64,000 nucleotides of DNA from Macrostomum hystrix (GCA_950097015.1 CATNEN010000001.1:3968001-4032000), one strand, 5' to 3'; positions 23,265 through 36,100 are shown, numbered from the stretch's first letter. Numbers and translations are program-made. The notes: generated from the sequence alone by a model not told the origin.

Positions 23265-25052
23265 ACTGGAACTTCTACTGTAACTTCTACTTCTACTTCT
23301 CCATTCCGGCCATAGAGGAGCCTGGTTGGCCCAGGAATCTGCCATAGTCTTTTCACAATGTTAAGTGAAGGGACGGGTTGATAAGTACGAGATAAGTTTG
23401 TAACTAAGCAAGTCTCTTTGCGAATTACAAATCAATAAGATTGTGAATGGATCAGTGAGTCTGAATGATTGAATAGTGAGTCTACAAATGAGTTAATGCA
23501 GAAATATTATTTTAGAACCTTACCATCAGCCACTTCCTGATGGAATGAGATGCTCGGTGAACGCTGAATTTCTGATGGCCCCGAGCATTTTGGCACAGTA
23601 GTGGCGTCATCATCTGTGAATGTAAGCAGAGTGGTGGGGAAATAAATTAGACTCTGAATCACAGTTAGTAAATCTGCTAGTAATTGATTGAGTAAGTCTG
23701 AATGAATGAACCTGTGAGTGAGTCTGTCAATGAATTGAACAGTGAGTTTGTGAATGAATTGAACAGTAAGTCTATAAATTAATGAACCAGTGAGTCTGCG
23801 AAATTCTATGAATCCGTGAGTTTTTGAATACGTGTTTGTATGGAACCAATTTAGTCAAAGTATTATAGACTCTTACCATTAACAATAACAATCGGAGATT
23901 CCATGGCGCCGGTTGAATGCAGGTGGTTCTCCTGGTCCTCCAGCAGTCTTTGAGGTGAGGATGTGGACGTGGATCAGTGTCGCGGTGCTGCTTAATCTTA
24001 GCAGCTGCGGTCGATCAGGCAGAGGAGCTGCTTTGGAGCCCACATTCCTCCGATTTATGGCCTCGGAAGCTTCCCTCTCGCTCTCCGAGGTAGTAATGTT
24101 CTGTTTTAATTTTAGAAGGAAATGTGGTGATATGCAGTGTAATGAATTGTGTTAGAAGTCAAAACGAACTCCAATTTTAAGTGTCTCGGCTCTCGCTGGG
24201 GGCAGACAGAAAAGGAGGAACAGAAGATCAGTGTGTGGAGCCCAACCAGTCAGGCTCAACATTATATTCGAGGGCTCTGGGCCCAAGACAAAGCAGGCTA
24301 CAACAAGCGCAGGGGAAGGCATGTGAACGCACAACGGAAAACTCGGTGCGCAGTGCCCATTAGAAAGCGTACAGCGCCCATGAGTCAGTCAGTGGCCCTA
24401 CACACTGAGTACAATTGCAAGCAGACAGTACAGTGTTAGTTTTGTGCAGTCAAAGTTCCGGGGTAGCTATTCTGCTTATTGACAAACTCAATTTGTGTGG
24501 ATTAAGTCTGTTCGTGAATGAACCAGTGAGTCAGTAAAAGAATAACTGAGAGCGTGTGTAAATGAATTAATCAGTGAGTCTGTGAGCAAATGAATGAGTG
24601 CGTCTTTGATCTGTGAATGGTTTAAGCAGTGAGCATTTGGTCAATTAATAAAATGTCTACTGTTTATAAACAGACTATATGTTACAGTAAAAATTGTAAT
24701 GTCCTACCTGAATGGCTCCCAAACGGCTTCGGTGGCGCCCGGCATTCACCCGACAAATGGCCTTCAGCAGCGAGTCCAGACTTTTCTTCTTGATGGTGCG
24801 CATTCTCCGCAGGTGAAGGACGGTTGGCGTGCTGTCCACTTCTGGGTCAGTGACCACCTGGAGGAGAACGGCGTCATACCATTCGCCACTGTACTCTGCC
24901 CTCACCTCAATTCTCGTAGCTGAGTACAGTTCCGAAGGCTCCGTGCTGGCCCAGTCAAAATCCTGGTATTCACCAAGCATAATCTCTGTCTCATCTACTT
25001 CTACAATTTGACCATCATTAGAGAAAAATACAATATAGCGATTGGACTGCAT
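23265..25052 (-). CDS. Multi-exon unknown gene, possibly a CACTA accessory (TnpA-like) gene; probably frameshifted in exon 2
   Basis: Exon 1 MQSNRYIVFFSNDGQIVEV...AIQ|gtagg. Further GT-AG-bounded exons at ~24100-23877, ~23614-23525 and ~23337-23265. Introns carry TGAATGAA/AGTGAGTC repeats. One frame inconsistency in exon 2. Confidence 0.45.
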
Positions 25053-25119
25053 TTTAAGCTTTTATAATAGCTTCAATATAAGAATTTGAGAGACTAAGTA
25101 GCTAGAAATTTTCTAGAGA

Positions 25120-25390
25120 CTAAAAATTGCTCAACAAAGATTTATCAACTATTCATATACGAGCTACGTACGTGCAGATATGCTCCGTTGGGACCCCGCC
25201 TTCTCAAAGCTTTACTGGACAAGAGCCAATGCCAAAGCGCGGAATCCGACAGAGCCAATCCGGTTGGAGCGAGCCGAGCCAATAGCGAACAGCTCGAGCG
25301 AATGACTCCACAAGGGCAAACTAGTTTTTGTAATAATTCAATTTATTGTAATAAACTTACCTTAAGTATCTGTAATTTACCGGGTATATA
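25120..25390 (-). promoter_or_regulatory. Promoter-like cassette B, copy 1
   Basis: CCCCGCC GC box, three GCCAAT boxes and TACGTG. Lies just upstream of ATG 25052 and is homologous to 26762-27110. Confidence 0.6.
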
Positions 25391-25394
25391 CAGT

Positions 25395-25525
25395 TGAGAG
25401 ATGGGCAATGAGACGGTGATGAGACAGTATGAAGATGAGTGATGAGACAGTTGAGAGATGAGACAGTGGGAAGATGAGTGATGAGACAGTTGAGAGATGG
25501 GCAATGAGACAGTGATGAGACAGAG
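25395..25525. repeat. Short tandem repeats of ATGAGACAGT/GAGAGATG
   Basis: Read directly. Confidence 0.8.
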
Positions 25526-26275
25526 GTTAGAGTTGTGGCAAGCAGTTGTGAAAAGAAAGTAGTGAAATAAAAGACAGCGGTTTAGTCAATTCTCGCTTCT
25601 CACTCGCAGTATATCTAATAGATGAGACAGTGACTATTATACATTATCAGTATACAGTCACTACAGTGACTCCGCGGCAAGCGGAATGTATGACAAGGAC
25701 TAATGATCTTCACAAGACAAGAGCGTAATACGAAATGTTTATGCCAGCTTATACAAGTGTACATATGTCATGCATACATGGCAGGATTCTTAGATGTGAT
25801 TTTGATGTCTACGAAACTGACCTTGTCTTATTACGTTAATCAGTAATAATATTAAACTGCAAATCGGTGTATCGGCAGGCAACTTAAGAGCTATGTTTGC
25901 GAGACTTATAATTGTCTATTGAATTCTCTAAAAGGACTCACATACTATATAACAATACTATCTGTATTATCAGCAACTACTGAAATCCAACCAGTGGCAC
26001 ACAAAACATTGAAGACGACAATGAAAAATTATGGCTTGTGTATTTTTGTCTGACTCTGTGTACAGGTGTATTTTTTTAAACAATTTCTGTGCTTACAATA
26101 TTATGATAAATATCTTCTAAACATTTTTAAAGCATAAATGTGTGTGCGTGCGTATGTGCATAATAAATATATAAAACAACATATATAAAAAACAAAATAT
26201 ATAGTCATATAGTCATATCATAGTCAGCATAGGCTAGGCATAGTCTCGCCACGGCCGATCACTCGACACGGCCGA

Positions 26276-26693
26276 TCACAGGACGCCCGGCTGCGATATA
26301 AAAGATGGGTTTCAGTTTCAATTAGGTTTTTAGCTAGGTTATCAGATGCGTTAATAACTTTTCTAATAAAAATAATATTCAAGAGCGACTAATCAGACTT
26401 ACATATGGGTCCAGGCCCGCCGCTACGCGACGAGCTCTGGCCATCCGCAGCATGGCGGACTGAAAACGACGCATAGCGTCGTCCAGCGCGTCCAGTGCCT
26501 GGCGCCGTTCCGGTGTCCAGGCCAATGTTGCCGCCAAATTGTCAGCGGCGGTGCGGCATGTTTGGATGGCCTCATCCAGTTTGGCGGCGGCAGAGGCCAG
26601 GACATTAGCCCGGAACTCTGCCGGGAACATGTGGAAATTGCTGCTGGCGTAGCTGTTGTCATAGCTGTTGCTGTTGCTGCTGTTCCTGTTCAT
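26276..26693 (-). CDS. Small two-exon orphan helical protein, paralog 2 (exons 26693-26403, 26290-26276)
   Basis: Same motif set and intron position as 18133-18520; ends DPY|PGVL*. Confidence 0.8.
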
Positions 26694-26761
26694 TTTGAAT
26701 AAAGGAATTTTTAAAGCGAATTTTAGAGATCTTGTGGCGTGGTGGGACGGACAAGTTGCAA

Positions 26762-27110
26762 CTATAAAATTGCTCAACAACGATTGATCATCTATTTATT
26801 TATGAGCCATACGTGCAGATATGCCACAGGTGGGTCCCCGCCTTCTCAAAGCTTTATTGGAAACAAGCCAATGAAAACTTGCCCGCGCCGCGCGGAATCC
26901 GACAGAGCCAATCCGAGCCAAGAGCGAGCCGAGCCGAGCCGGCTCGAGCCGAGCGAGCCGAGCCGGCTCGAGCCGAGCGAGCCGAGCCGAGCCGAGCTGA
27001 GAGCCAACTCGACTCGAGTCTCGACAAAGGCAAGTAAACTAGCAATTTTAGTAAACTAATGAATTGTAATTTACAGACCTCTAGGCTCTAGTAATATTAT
27101 TTTCCCGGGT
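26762..27110. promoter_or_regulatory. Promoter-like cassette B, copy 2; divergent promoter between the orphan gene (-) and the transposase (+)
   Basis: Same GC/CCAAT cassette plus an expanded (GAGCC/GAGC)n tract at 26915-27005. Confidence 0.6.
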
Positions 27111-27180
27111 TAATTTACAGCAATTTTATTTTCAATATATCCCATCTATTAGCCTTTCATAACCATCACTTACTCACAAA

Positions 27181-29935
27181 ATGTCTAAAAGACGGACTAA
27201 AGGTGACACGAACCCACGACGAAAGTTTCAAAATTGGTTCACAAAGAACCTACTTGACTTTGCGGACAGTGATGTAGTAATGGACTAAGTGAGTTTTCAA
27301 TTCTTATTGAGATTCTATTTAAGTTTCATGCAATTTTGTAAAGAAATTTGACGAGGGTGGGGCAGACAGAGGCAGGATTGACAGGGTGATAGGTTTGATT
27401 GATTGCCTCGAATTTTATGCACAGTTTCATCGTCTTCTTTTTTTCCTCTTTATTTTCAATCAGGAGGTTGCATCTTCCCATGCAGATGGCGCAAGCCTCA
27501 TTCCACCTGAGGATTCGCGGCCTGATTCTACCAGTGCCGGTGTCAATGCCTGTGACCCCATGCATTTATCAGCTATTAACGAGGCTTTCGACGAAAGTGA
27601 GGCTGATGAGTTCGACTACGCCGATCACTTGTCAACAGATGCGGAAGATGGGGACCCAGGCCAAACAGCAATGCCATCATTGGAGAGCCTGAATGAGGAG
27701 CTTCTAATATTCTTCGTTCGTTACAACATCTCACATCGAGCGATGCAGTTCCTGCTCAATGCTCTAGTCTGCCGAGGCCTGCCGGTCGCAAGGACAGTGC
27801 ACCATCTGCGCAAAGTACCTTCAACTGAAACAGTACAAAAGTACACCATGGGTAGTGGACACTTTTCCTACATCGGTATCGCTTCGAACCTGGCGTTCCT
27901 GATTCGCGGCGGCATGTTGGATCTTGGAAATCCGGAAGCCACACAGAATGACAAAACTAGGTTGGAACTTGACATTGATGTTGGCATTGACGGAATGCCG
28001 ATTTACAATTCGTCAAATTACGCGGCATGGCCTATAATCGTTAAGTTTTCGAGATTCTGTCGCCCACTTCCTGTTGCTGTGTATGCTGGGTTAGGTAAAC
28101 CCCCTCTTACCGAGTACCTGGCCGACTTCATCAAGGAGCTGCAGTCCTTCATGACCGACTTTGTCGAAGTTGATGGGGTGCTAATCCACATCAGGAACAT
28201 CACGTTCATTTGCGACACGCCAGCGCGGTCCTTCATCACCGCAACTTTGGGCCACAACGCACATCACGGCTGCCCCTACTGCAGAGTGGTAGCCCAGACG
28301 GTCGACCGGCGAATAGTCTACCCTGTCGAAGTCGGAGAGTGTCGCACAGCTGAGGATTACCGTTTTAATAGGTGCGTGTGTGTGCATGGGGTTGTGTGTA
28401 TGTGTGTGTGCTTTTGCGAATTTTGTATACCAGCTTATACATCTGTATATGCCTACATGGCAGGACATCTGACATGTTTTTTACATGTCTACGAACCTGA
28501 CTTGACGTTGTCTTAATACGTGAATCAGTTAATCATATAAATATGCAATGGCTGTATCGGGATATGGCAACTAAAGAAATGTGATTCCGATTCAGACTGT
28601 CTATATAATGGCTGTCCTTTTAAATCTCAAAAATTATTCACATACTTGCTATATACTATATAAAATATACAATATTCAATATACAATAATATACAATAGC
28701 TCGATTCCCGACTCCACTGAAAAAAATTGTGTCCTTTAGCAAGACACTTAACTCTGCAGTGCTTCGGTTCACCCAGCTGTTAAATAGGTACCAGCATTAG
28801 CTGGGGTAATTGAAGGTGGGTGTATGGCGTCCTCCCAGTCCATGGACTGAACAGCCGTACGCAGCCTTCAGATGCGCCAGCGCCGCGCATTAGCTGCGGC
28901 TGTGCTGTCGATTGGGGCAGGTGTAATCAATTATTATTATTACTAGTCTTTATCGCCAACAACTACTGCAGGGAATCCAACCAGCGGCATGAACCAAGTC
29001 CGCTCCTGTCACTGCCAGGCTTGCAACTACCTGATGCTTGCCCACCGGAGCCAATGCACCTGCTCTTTCTAGGCGTCGCTAGGCGTCTTTTCACCTTCCT
29101 CTTTGCGGTGGATGACGGACGGCGGCGCAAAATTAGGCCGGATCAAGTTTCCGCACTTTCTGATTTTGCCGAATCACGTGCTATATATACACCGACAAAT
29201 TTCCAAAGACGCCCTCGGAGAATCGACCAAGAACTCGGACATTTCAAAGCCAGCGAGTTCCGCACGTGGACTTTGTATGTGGGCCCGTATTTTTTTCGCA
29301 AATTTCTGCCAACAGAGTTGTACAGGCATTTTCTTCTATTTCACTTCGCCTGTTATGTTCTTTGCTCTGATAGCCCACAGCCTGAACTTCTTGATGCCGC
29401 TGAATCTGCCTTGAAACTTTTTGTGTATGACGCAGCTCAACTGTACGGCAACAGTTTCATGACTCACAATGCTCACGTTCTTTTGCACTTGTTTCAATAC
29501 GCGAGGAAACGTGGAAATGTGTCCAACTTTTCGGCCTTTCCATATGAGAACTACCTCTCTCACTTAAAGGGTCGCCTTCGAGTAACGCGCTTTGTATCAT
29601 CTTACTTGCTAAATCAAATGCTTTCACTTCGCGACTTGCTAGTCAGCAACCCAATGCAGCCCATTAAGTACTCTGTTAAGATGCCCGACAACTGTTGCAT
29701 CGTGAATGGCTCAGTTGTTCGGATTACTTCTGTTCTTGGTGACCAAGTAACTGGTAATATTCTGTCGCTGCAAAAGGACTTGTATGACTATCCATATCCG
29801 TCCTCAAAACTGGGTATCGGAGTCTATTGTAAAACACGATCTTTTGTTACTGGCACTCCCCACAGGAAGTGCTTTCTGTTCCCGCGCAAGACCGGAAAGG
29901 CATGGCTGGTGATTCCTCTCTCTGGTGTTGATTAG
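27181..29935 (+). CDS. CACTA/EnSpm (CMC superfamily) DDE transposase, spliced (exons ~27181-27276/27288, 27464-28371, 28972-29935)
   Basis: Motifs VGIDGMP, AWPI, FICDTPARSF, GHNAHHGCPYC, EPMHLLFLGV, FKASEFR, HNAHVLLHL, SAFPYENY. Phase-2 GT-AG intron 28372-28971 joins the two ORFs. Exon 1 has TAA just before the strongest donor, so it may be disabled or may use an upstream GT. Confidence 0.88.
28728..28943 (+). mobile_element. Family-1 SINE inside the transposase intron
   Basis: Matches 21595-21810 and 58633-58832; (ATT)n tail. Confidence 0.8.
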
Positions 29936-30329
29936 TGGAATCGCATTCTGTTCCACCCTTGTCAGCAAATGTAATTTTGACTGTTAATGTTTTGCATCAA
30001 TTTGACTACAGACATAAAAATGTACAAATGTAAAAAACTGTATACTCCCTGTATCCCTGTAAACTGTATACTGATATTGAGCAGCAAAGTCCGAATAGCA
30101 AAATAAATACCGGGAATCGGGAATGATAAGCGATAAGGTTTATTTGAGGCGGTGTGTGGTCTCCGATAACAGGAGTCCATTTTTCTTGCCGTCCGTTGCC
30201 TGAAGAACGCGTTGACACTTTAATGCCAAAACTTTGTTCTTTCGCACATTTTTACGAAATTCTTAAATCGAATTTAATTTTATAAGGCATTCGAAAGCGT
30301 GTCATTATCTTCGTAATTGCTTTTATTGT

Positions 30330-30680
30330 ACGCGTACTCATTGACTTAGAAGCTTAGTGTTTAGCAACAAGCATGCTTCCAGAATCACTTAATTCCCATT
30401 AATTGAAGTGACTGCTAGAAACGGTAAACATCTAGCTAGTAGAGCTCTTCTGCATGGTCACAGGACTTGCACGGCCAAAAGAGGAAGGAGCAGCTCAAAT
30501 AAAAACTGATAAACTGATGACTGGTCTCCCCACCACAGACAGAAGGAAAGCCGGCCTTATCTTATCCATTTGGTCTGTGCTCCCAGAGACTTCTAGAAAT
30601 AACAACTTCTAGAAACTTCTAGAAATAAAAAGTCTGTGTGCTCCCCTCCCCACCCCACTTGATCGGTCCCACCCAAACCC
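30330..30680. repeat. Cassette C, copy 1 (upstream of the SET gene); copy 2 at ~32385-32805
   Basis: GCCAAAAGAGGAAGGAGCAGCTCAAATAAAAACTGATAA and GGTCTCCCCCACCACAGAC are shared by both copies. Confidence 0.85.
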
Positions 30681-30753
30681 GTTCAGAGTCATTACACACT
30701 ACACAGGAAATTATTTTGCGATTTATTGTCATCACAAAAGTATATAATATTTC

Positions 30754-32204
30754 ATGGATATGAGTGATCAGTGGCTAATATCTGACTGCGGAAGTGCAGA
30801 CACAGCAGCGCCCGGTTTAAAAATTCGTTTAAAGCGCGTATCGACCGCCCTCAATGAGGTGAGAATTCAGAGGCAGCAAATTATTTGAGATTGTAAAAAG
30901 TTTACAACTTTTCCTTTATTCTTTTGTTATATTTCTATTGTACACTGACGTATTGCACGCATACATTGCCAGACTTCCCAACGCGCTGATCAGGTCAGGG
31001 TGACCTGCGAAACTGGCCCGGGACTTATAGTCCGATTCAAGCGACATTCTTGCGCAATTCCATCAACGGCTGAACTTCAGGTGAATGATAATGTATGTTA
31101 CCTGCCTGTTCAATAACTTGTCCTTCTAAGTATTCTCCTTCTCCCCTCTGCAACTATAATCTCCCACTATAATCTTTGCATGTAGGCCCGCGCCTTAATT
31201 TCTGTTATGCACATTCTCATGTTTCTGCATGAGAAAATATTTAAAATGTTTAATTTTTCAGACTAACAAACGCGCTGTCCCTGAGGTCAACGTCGAATTA
31301 TCCTTCTCCGACAGCGAGGAAGAGGGCGAAGGCAACTCACGCGTGGATCAATCTTTACGAATCGCCCTAGCAGTATGTCCATTAGAGGTTCGTCAATCAA
31401 TTGAGTGCGGTTAGATGGTGTGGCTGTATAAAGCTGATTTTAGGGCAAAGTTTCCTTTTCTGTAATCGTTTTTCTTTAAGTAGCTTAATGAGAGAGGAGA
31501 GGATTAAGAGGGAGTAAAAAGTAGAGGCCGATTAAGTGAGATGAGATGCAAACGAGATGTCAGCAAGCAAGTGAAATGTGAGAGAGGCGATGGAGAAAAG
31601 GGCGATTTAGAAGCATAAAAAAACAAATTAAATCGTGTTTAACTACACCCCCGCACAGCCTTTGCCTGACCCGACCGTTAAGAAGAGGCCGGCTCAGAAG
31701 CTCAGCCGATCTAGTGTCGATTATCGTCCCCCGACATCCACTAGAGATACAACCGAGCGCATACTGGGCATCAACGGGAAGACAGACACCGCGATCGCTG
31801 TTGCACCTGCGGGCGAGAAGGGACTGGGCGCCTTTGCGAGAATCAACCTAGCTGCGGGGGCGTTTGTCGATCAATTCGCCGGAATCCTGCTGAACGAACA
31901 GGAAGCGATTAGACGCGAATGTGAACCTAACTCCGACTGGATGCTATTTAAGTTTAAAGTTAACGGCAAATTATGGGTAATTGACGCCAGCAACAGTGAC
32001 GGACTGGGAAGGTACCTGAACCATTCTTCTACTGCTCCTAACTGTAAAGCAAAGCTCATTATTATCGACCAGGGGCTGCGACCCGTCATTTATTTCGTGA
32101 CAAATAAATATGTTGCAACGGGCACAGAACTGACGTTCGACTATACGACTGGTAGAGGTATCGATAATGATGATCTTGTGAAGAACCCATGGCTTCGAGA
32201 CTAG
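30754..32204 (+). CDS. SETD8/PR-Set7 (KMT5A)-like SET-domain methyltransferase, ~294 aa, 4 exons (30754-30858, 30973-31080, 31262-31387, 31659-32204)
   Basis: KGLGAFA, IDAS, GLGRYLNHS, NC.AK, GTELTFDY and the SET8-type C-terminal PWL. Three phase-0 GT-AG introns give an open frame. AATAAA at ~32302. Confidence 0.9.
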
Positions 32205-32960
32205 AAAGACACGCATGTTATTATGACTCGTCGCTTAGTTTATTTTGCTAAATCTTTAATCATGTAACAATCATGTTTAATTATGTATATTCTTTATTAC
32301 AAATAAAGCAATGGCGCATTGAGAAAATGGTTACTTTTCTGAAAAGTTTCTTGGAATTTGTGTCTTAATTTTTTTAATCGCTTAATGTACTCGTACTCAT
32401 TGGCATAATAAAGTAATAAAGCAAACAGGATGCTCCAGAATCATCAAGCAAGTAAATATAATTTAATAGTTTTATACCTCAGCAAATATCTTTTCCTAAC
32501 AGACTGTACATATCTGTACAAATCTGTACATATTTTAATTTTTCGAGACAAATAAAAGAGTATTTTTAGCGGCAGAGTTCTGCGGAAGTTCGGAACTGAC
32601 TCGCGCCCCCAGTCTTTTAGGGATCTAAAACCAATTGAAGTGAGTCACAGAACTTGAACAGCCAAAAGAGGAAGGAGCAGCTCAAATAAAAACTGATAAG
32701 AATATTTAGAACGTAATGCATGTGGGTCTCCCCACCACAGACGGAAGGAAAGCCTTATCTTATCAATTTGGTCTGTGCTTCCCACCCGATCAGTCCCACC
32801 CGATGTGCCACGGCGTTCCTGCATGGCTTTCGAAGTTTCGGAGAAGAGCAATGGGGAATTTATGAACAGGGACTATTTTACTTAGATTGACTTAAAGTTG
32901 TTTTAAAAAAGCTTGAAAACTTCATGATGAGCTTGAAGATGAACTTTCCTTCATCATGAG

Positions 32961-33149
32961 GAAATCATTTGAAATCATGAAACCAACTCAGTCGTGTAGG
33001 AATTCATTTCTAGGTTGATTTTCAATTGAATCCGACTCGATAAACTGTGCTCAAATCTATTGGGACACCGACGACAGCCATATAATACTGACATAGTCAG
33101 AGTTAAGATAAACTTTTCTATGTGACTTTCCAGGTTAATAAGTTCGAGT
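32961..33149. repeat. Inverted copy of the ~189-bp element, abutting the satellite
   Basis: Reverse complement of ~13795-13985. Confidence 0.9.
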
Positions 33150-33158
33150 CAAATAAAT

Positions 33159-36100
33159 TTGATGATGATCCCCCAGTTGATGATGATCCCCCAGTTGATG
33201 ATGATCCCCCAGTTGATGATGATACCCCAGTTGATGATGATCCCCCTGTTGATGATGATCCCCAAGTTGATGATGATCCCTCAGTTGACAATGATCCCAC
33301 AGTTGACAATGATCCCCCAGTCGACAATTATCCCCCAGTTGACAATGATCACCCACTTGATAATGATCACTCAGTTGATTATGATCACTCAGTTGATTAT
33401 GATCACTCAGTTGATTATGATCACCCAGATGAATGATCCCCCAGTTGATGATGATCCCCCAGTTGATGATGATCCCCCAGTTGATGATGATTCCCCAGTT
33501 GACAATTATCCCCCAGTCGACAATTATCCCCCAGTTGACCATGATCCGCCAGTTAACAATGATCACCCACTTGATAATGATCCCCCAGTTGACCATGATC
33601 CCCAAGTTGACAAAGATTCCCAGTTGACAATGATCACTCAGTTGATTATGATCTCTGAGTTGATTATGATCAGCCAGTTGACAAGTATCCCCCAGTTGAT
33701 GATGATCCCCCAGTTGACAATGATCCCACAAGTTGACAATGATCAGTCAGTTGATTATGATCACTCAGTTGACAATGATCACCCAGTTGACAATGATCCC
33801 CCAGTTGACAATGATCCCACAGTTGACAATGATCCCCCAGTTAACAATGAACCCCAGTTGACAATTTTCCCCCAGTCGAAAATGATCCCCCAGTTGACCA
33901 TAATCCCCAAGTTGACAATGATTCCCAGTTGACAATGATCCACAAGTTGACAATGATCACTCAGTTGATTATGATCACCCAGTTGACAATGATCCCCCAT
34001 TTGATGATGATCCCCCAGTTGATGATGATCCCCCAGTTGATGATGATCCCCCAGTTGATTATGATCCCCCAGTTGATGATGATCCCCCAGTTGATGATGA
34101 TTCCCCAGTTGACAATTATCACCCAGTTGACAATGATCCCCCAGTTGACAATGATTCCCAGTTGATTATGATCACTCAGTTGATGATGATCCCCCAGTTG
34201 ATGATGATTCCCCAGTTGACAATTATCACCCAGTTGACAATGATCTTCCAGTTGACAATGATCCCACAGTTGACAATGATCCCACAGTTGACAATGACAA
34301 TGACAAGTATCCCCCAGTTGATGATGATCCCCCAGTTGACAATGATTCCCAGTTGACAATGATCCACAAGTTGACAATGATCACTCAGTTGATTATGATC
34401 ACCCAGTTGACAATGATCCCCCATTTGATGATGATCCCTCAGTTGATGATGATCCCCCAGTTGATGATGATCCCCCAGTTGATGATGATCCCCCAGTTGA
34501 CCATGATCCCCAAGTTGACAAAGATTCCCAGTTGACAATGATCCACAAGTTGAAAATGATCACTCAGTTGATTATGATCACTCAGTTGACAATTATCCCC
34601 CAGTTGACAATGATCCCACAGTTGACAATGATCCCCCAGTTGACAATGATCCCCCATTTGATTATGATCCCCCAGTTGATGATGATCCCCCAGTTGATGA
34701 TGATTCCCCAGTTGACAATTATCACCCAGTTGACAATGATCCCCCAGTTGACAATGATTCCCAGTTGATTATGATCACTCAGTTGATGATGATCCCCCAG
34801 TTGATGATGATTCCCCAGTTGACAATTATCACCCAGTTGACAATGATCTTCCAGTTGACAATGATCCCACAGTTGACAATGATCCCACAGTTGACAATGA
34901 CAATGACAATGATTCCCAGTTGTCAATGATCCACAAGTTGACAAAGATTCCCAGTTGACAATGATCCACAAGTTAACAATGATCACTCAGTTGATTATGA
35001 TCACTGAGTTGATTATGATCAGCCAGTTGACAAGTATCCCCCAGTTGACAATGATCCCACAGTTGACAATGATCCACAAGTTGACAATGATCACTCAGTT
35101 GATTATGATCACCCAGTTGACAATGATCCCCCATTTGATGATGATCCCCCAGTTGATGATAATCCCCCAGTTGATGATGATCCCCCAGTTGATGATGATC
35201 CCCCAGTTGACCATGATCCCACAGTTGACAATGATCCACAAGTTGACAATGATCAGTCAGTTGATTATGATCACTCAGTTGACAATGATCACCCAGTTGA
35301 CAATGATCCCCCAGTTGACAATGATCCCACAGTTGACAATGATCCCCCAGTTAACAATGAACCCCAGTTGACAATTATCCCCCAGTCGAAAATGATCCCC
35401 CAGTTGACCATGATCCCCAAGTTGACAATGATTCCCAGTTGACAATGATCCACAAGTTGACAATGATCACTCAGTTGATTATGATCACCCAGTTGACAAT
35501 GATCCCCCATTTGATGATGATCCCCCAGTTGATTATGATCACTCAGTTGACAATTATCCCCCAGTTGACAATGATCCCACAGTTGACAATGATCCCCCAG
35601 TTGACAATGATCCCCCATTTGATTATGATCCCCCAGTTGATGATGATCCCCCAGTTGATTATGATTCCCCAGTTGACAATTATCACCCAGTTGACAATGA
35701 TCCCCCAGTTGACAATGATCCCCCATTTGATTATGATCCCCCAGTTGATGATGATCCCCCAGTTGATTATGATTCCCCAGTTGACAATTATCACCCAGTT
35801 GACATTGATCTTCCAGTTGACAATGATCCCACAGTTGACAATGACAATGACAATGATTCCCAGTTGTCAATGATCCACAAGTTGACAAAGATTCCCAGTT
35901 GACAATGATCCACAAGTTAACAATGATCACTCAGTTGATTATGATCAGCCAGTTGACAAGTATCCCCCAGTTGATGATGATCCCCCAGTTGACAATGATC
36001 CCACAGTTGACAATGATCCACAAGTTGACAATGATCACTCAGTTGATTATGATCACCCAGTTGACAATGATCCCCCATTTGATGATGATCCCTCAGTTGA

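Noticed and set aside
28820-28971. N-terminus of the 371-aa ORF as real coding sequence
   Set aside because: It is an intronic SINE; the true exon starts at the acceptor at 28972.
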